A stretch of 64,000 nucleotides of DNA, from assembly GCA_028534125.1 (NCBI GenBank), contig CM052818.1, positions 7,876,001 through 7,940,000 on the forward strand, given 5' to 3'. Within the stretch, counting starts at the first letter, position 1; each line of letters opens with the position of its first letter. A program made the translations under genes and the position numbers. Positions 61,501-64,000 of the stretch are shown here, piece after piece. Origin of the DNA: Lama glama. Taxonomy: Eukaryota. The notes under the pieces were generated by a model. The model ran no database searches. It worked only from the letters and a program-made list of their open reading frames with translations, and was not told the DNA's origin.

Positions 61501-62599
61501 TGTAGAGCTATTTTAAGTATGATTTTGCTTTTTTATTTTCAGCTTTATTAAGGTACAATTAACAAATAAAGTTGTAACATATTTAAAATGATGATTTGAT
61601 ATGCATATGCATTGTGCATTTGAACAGCAGTCAGGAAGAAGAGATTTTGGAGGGAACTAAATAAAGTATACACTCTTTATTTTAGAACCATCCCCCCAAC
61701 CTGCTCCACTGTTATGCATGCCACCTACCTGGAGTTAAAGCCCAGATGGAAAAAGTGTAATAGAGACACCCAGAAAGCTTTGAAGGAATTCCAGGCAAGG
61801 AGACTCTGTAGAACTCTTAGAGAAGCCTCAAGTTTAGTGAATCCAGCCAGGATTCTGAGAAGCTCGCTGCCTGGGTGGTAGATGGGCCAGGCTGAGGGAG
61901 GCGTGTAGGCAGATGAACCTAAGAGGTTCTTGGCAGAATACTCCTGGGTGGTTCCAGAAGACACTGAAAGTTCCTGAGCTCCTAATGGAGATGAAAAAGT
62001 GAAGAGAGAGCCAGAGGACAAAAAGAATCTTGGGATGGGGTTCAAAAGGACTCCTAAGACCAGGGCAGGTGAGGACAGGTTGTGCTGTTGTGTTAACAAA
62101 GATTAGCACAGGAACAAGGTGCCCCTGTCCCAGGCCAAGATAGCTGGTAAACTCAGGGTAAATGAGATCACACACACCCTGGGCAAGAAGTTGGGTAGCC
62201 CCAGATCTTAGAGTTGATTGAATATTTACTACATTTTAAACCAAACTGAGTTAAAACAAAGAGGCAGGATTGAACATTTTCTATAATCAAGGGAATGAGC
62301 ATCCAAGTGCTAAATTGAATTCAGTTATAGCACCCTTGTTAGGTAAATTTTATAGCACTGTAATACTCTTTACAGTACATTTTTATCTTGTAGGGAATCA
62401 CCCCTCTGTAGCTTGGTCAAACTTGGGAACCCGTAAAGCGAATCCAGCCTTACATCCAATAGGAACTATGGAGAAAGGTGAAACCCACTGCAACAGAAAC
62501 TAGAAAATGGAACAAACCAATTCATGAGAGTAATTACAAAGGAGTTTGGTCAGGTTGCCTCAGATGGGGAAGCTGAGTGCCAGGCCCTTGTGGAGTTTC

Positions 62600-63095
62600 T
62601 ATAGGAGGTACAGCTATATGGTGGGAAGTGCTCCCTTGTCTTCACAGCAAATTCACTTGGTGAGTAATGGGTTGTGAGAAGCTGCTGTTGAGGGTAGGGA
62701 GCTCAGAGATGACTCTTCAGAAGTTCTGTTAAGAGGGCCTTTTGTGGAGAGCATAGCTGACTGACACTTTCCAGCTGCTCCCATTCAGTGACTGGGCACA
62801 GTGGGGGAACTCCAATTACCCAGTGGGAGATTTCCCTGATGGACAATTTTGGCCCAGAGATTCCCCACCAATCTGACCAAAAGTTGTTCAGACCTTCTCT
62901 GTGTTTGAGGGTCTTTCTACCCTATTTCCTTCCTTCCCTTCTTTCATAGGCGTCAGACCTACACTGGATAGCCTGATGATGGCACTTCCTACTGAATTCT
63001 ACTTTCTCCCACCTTACTTTTCACAGGCATTTCCCCAATAAGTCTCTTGCATATCTAATCTCAACTTGGCCTCTGCTTAAAAACTCAGTATGGCA
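62600..63095 (+). mobile_element. LTR16-like ERVL LTR
   Basis: ttcataggcgtcagaccta ... ttcacaggcatttccccaataagtctcttgcatatctaatctcaacttggcctctgctt resembles LTR16-family 3' ends. 5' boundary approximate. Confidence 0.7.
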
Positions 63096-63178
63096 TAATT
63101 GTCCAAGTGGGTGTGGTGCCTTAATATCTCCTCTCCATTCTAACCATCCTCTCCTGGACACACACATCTACATATATA

Positions 63179-63553
63179 CAGTAATCTCTCAGTATCTGCC
63201 AGGGATTGGTTCCAGGACCCTCCACAGATACCAAAACCCACAGATGCTCAAGTCCCTTATATAAAATGGTGTAGTATTTGCATATAACCTTACACATCCT
63301 CCTGTAAACTTTGAATGTCTTTACAACTTTAAATCTCTTTCAATCTCTAGATTACTTAAAATACCTAATACAATGTAAATGCTATGTAAATAGTTGTAAA
63401 TGCAATGTAAATACTATGTAAATAGTTGCCAGCATACGAATTCAAGTTTTGCTTTTTGGAACTTCCTGGAATTTTTTTTTTCAAAAAAAAATTTTTGATT
63501 CATGGTTGGTTGAACCTGTGGAAGCAGAAACCACAGATACAATGGGCCAACTG
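63179..63553 (+). mobile_element. MER2-type Tigger (TcMar) MITE
   Basis: ta|cagtaatctctcagtatc...gattggttccaggaccc...gatgctcaagtcccttatataaaatgg ... gatacaatgggccaactg. Confidence 0.92.
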
Positions 63554-63811
63554 TGTACATTTATCAAACACTTATATTCCAGGTGCTAGGCTAATTAATT
63601 CACATTCATTATCTTGTTTAATTCTTACAATTATGTTTTGAGGTAAATACCGTTATTGGCAATGTTTTAAGAGGAAACAGAGAAGGGCTGAACAATTCAT
63701 CCAGTATGACACAACTGGACAGATATACCAGGTTAGAGATGTGACACTCTCTCAGCTGTGCTAAGTGGCCCCTAGTGGCAGCTGCAGGTATCTATCAAGG
63801 GCACCAGTAAG

Positions 63812-64000
63812 AAAGTAGATCTTAAAAATTCTCATTACAAAAAATTGTATATAAAAAAAAAAGTAACTGTGTTGTGGCAGATGTTAACTAGACTTACTAT
63901 GGTGATCATTTCACAATGTATCCAGATATTGAATCAATACATTGTATACCTGAAACTAGCAAAATGTTTTACATCAATTATATCTCAGTTAAAAAAAGGA
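63812..64000 (+). mobile_element. L1MA-like 3' end
   Basis: gtagatcttaaaaattctcattac ... atgttaactagacttactatggtgatcatttcacaatgtat ... tcaattatatctcagttaaaaaaa. Confidence 0.9.

Noticed and set aside
63762..63785. CTCF-like motif (minus strand ccactaggggccac)
   Set aside because: Mismatch in the GGC core and an isolated match; a similar weak match near 18262 was also not supportable.
1..64000. Inferring a host-gene strand from L1 orientation bias
   Set aside because: L1 fragments occur in roughly equal numbers on both strands, so no intronic orientation can be inferred.

Overview
Mammalian genomic DNA: AT-rich, CpG-depleted, with two 500-N assembly gaps. It is most likely from a camelid. 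Two tRNA-Ala-derived SINEs resemble the camelid vic-1 family, the young L1 3' ends are cetartiodactyl-type, and I saw no Alu, B1, Bov-tA/BovB, CHR, PRE1 or CAN SINEs. I could not identify any protein-coding gene, functional RNA gene, CpG-island promoter or CRISPR-like system. The window is intergenic or deep-intronic and dense with interspersed repeats: L1 of several ages, L2, L3/CR1, MIR, MaLR/ERVL/ERV1 LTRs, and hAT and Tc-mariner MITEs, often nested. All recognisable ORFs in the supplied track are L1 remnants or artefacts. I found no convincing new biological system. The most unusual items are (i) a 5'-intact, poly(A)-less L1 (promoter plus ORF1 start) flanked by a perfect 17-bp target-site duplication, (ii) a TSD-flanked young/old L1 3'-end chimera, (iii) a fold-back template-switch scar, (iv) a 122-bp tandem duplication, (v) near-consensus p53-family and CLEAR/USF motifs in unique sequence, and (vi) a speculative phase-compatible minus-strand exon chain. 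Repeat family names come from my recollection of consensus sequences, not a database search. Boundaries of old repeats are approximate.
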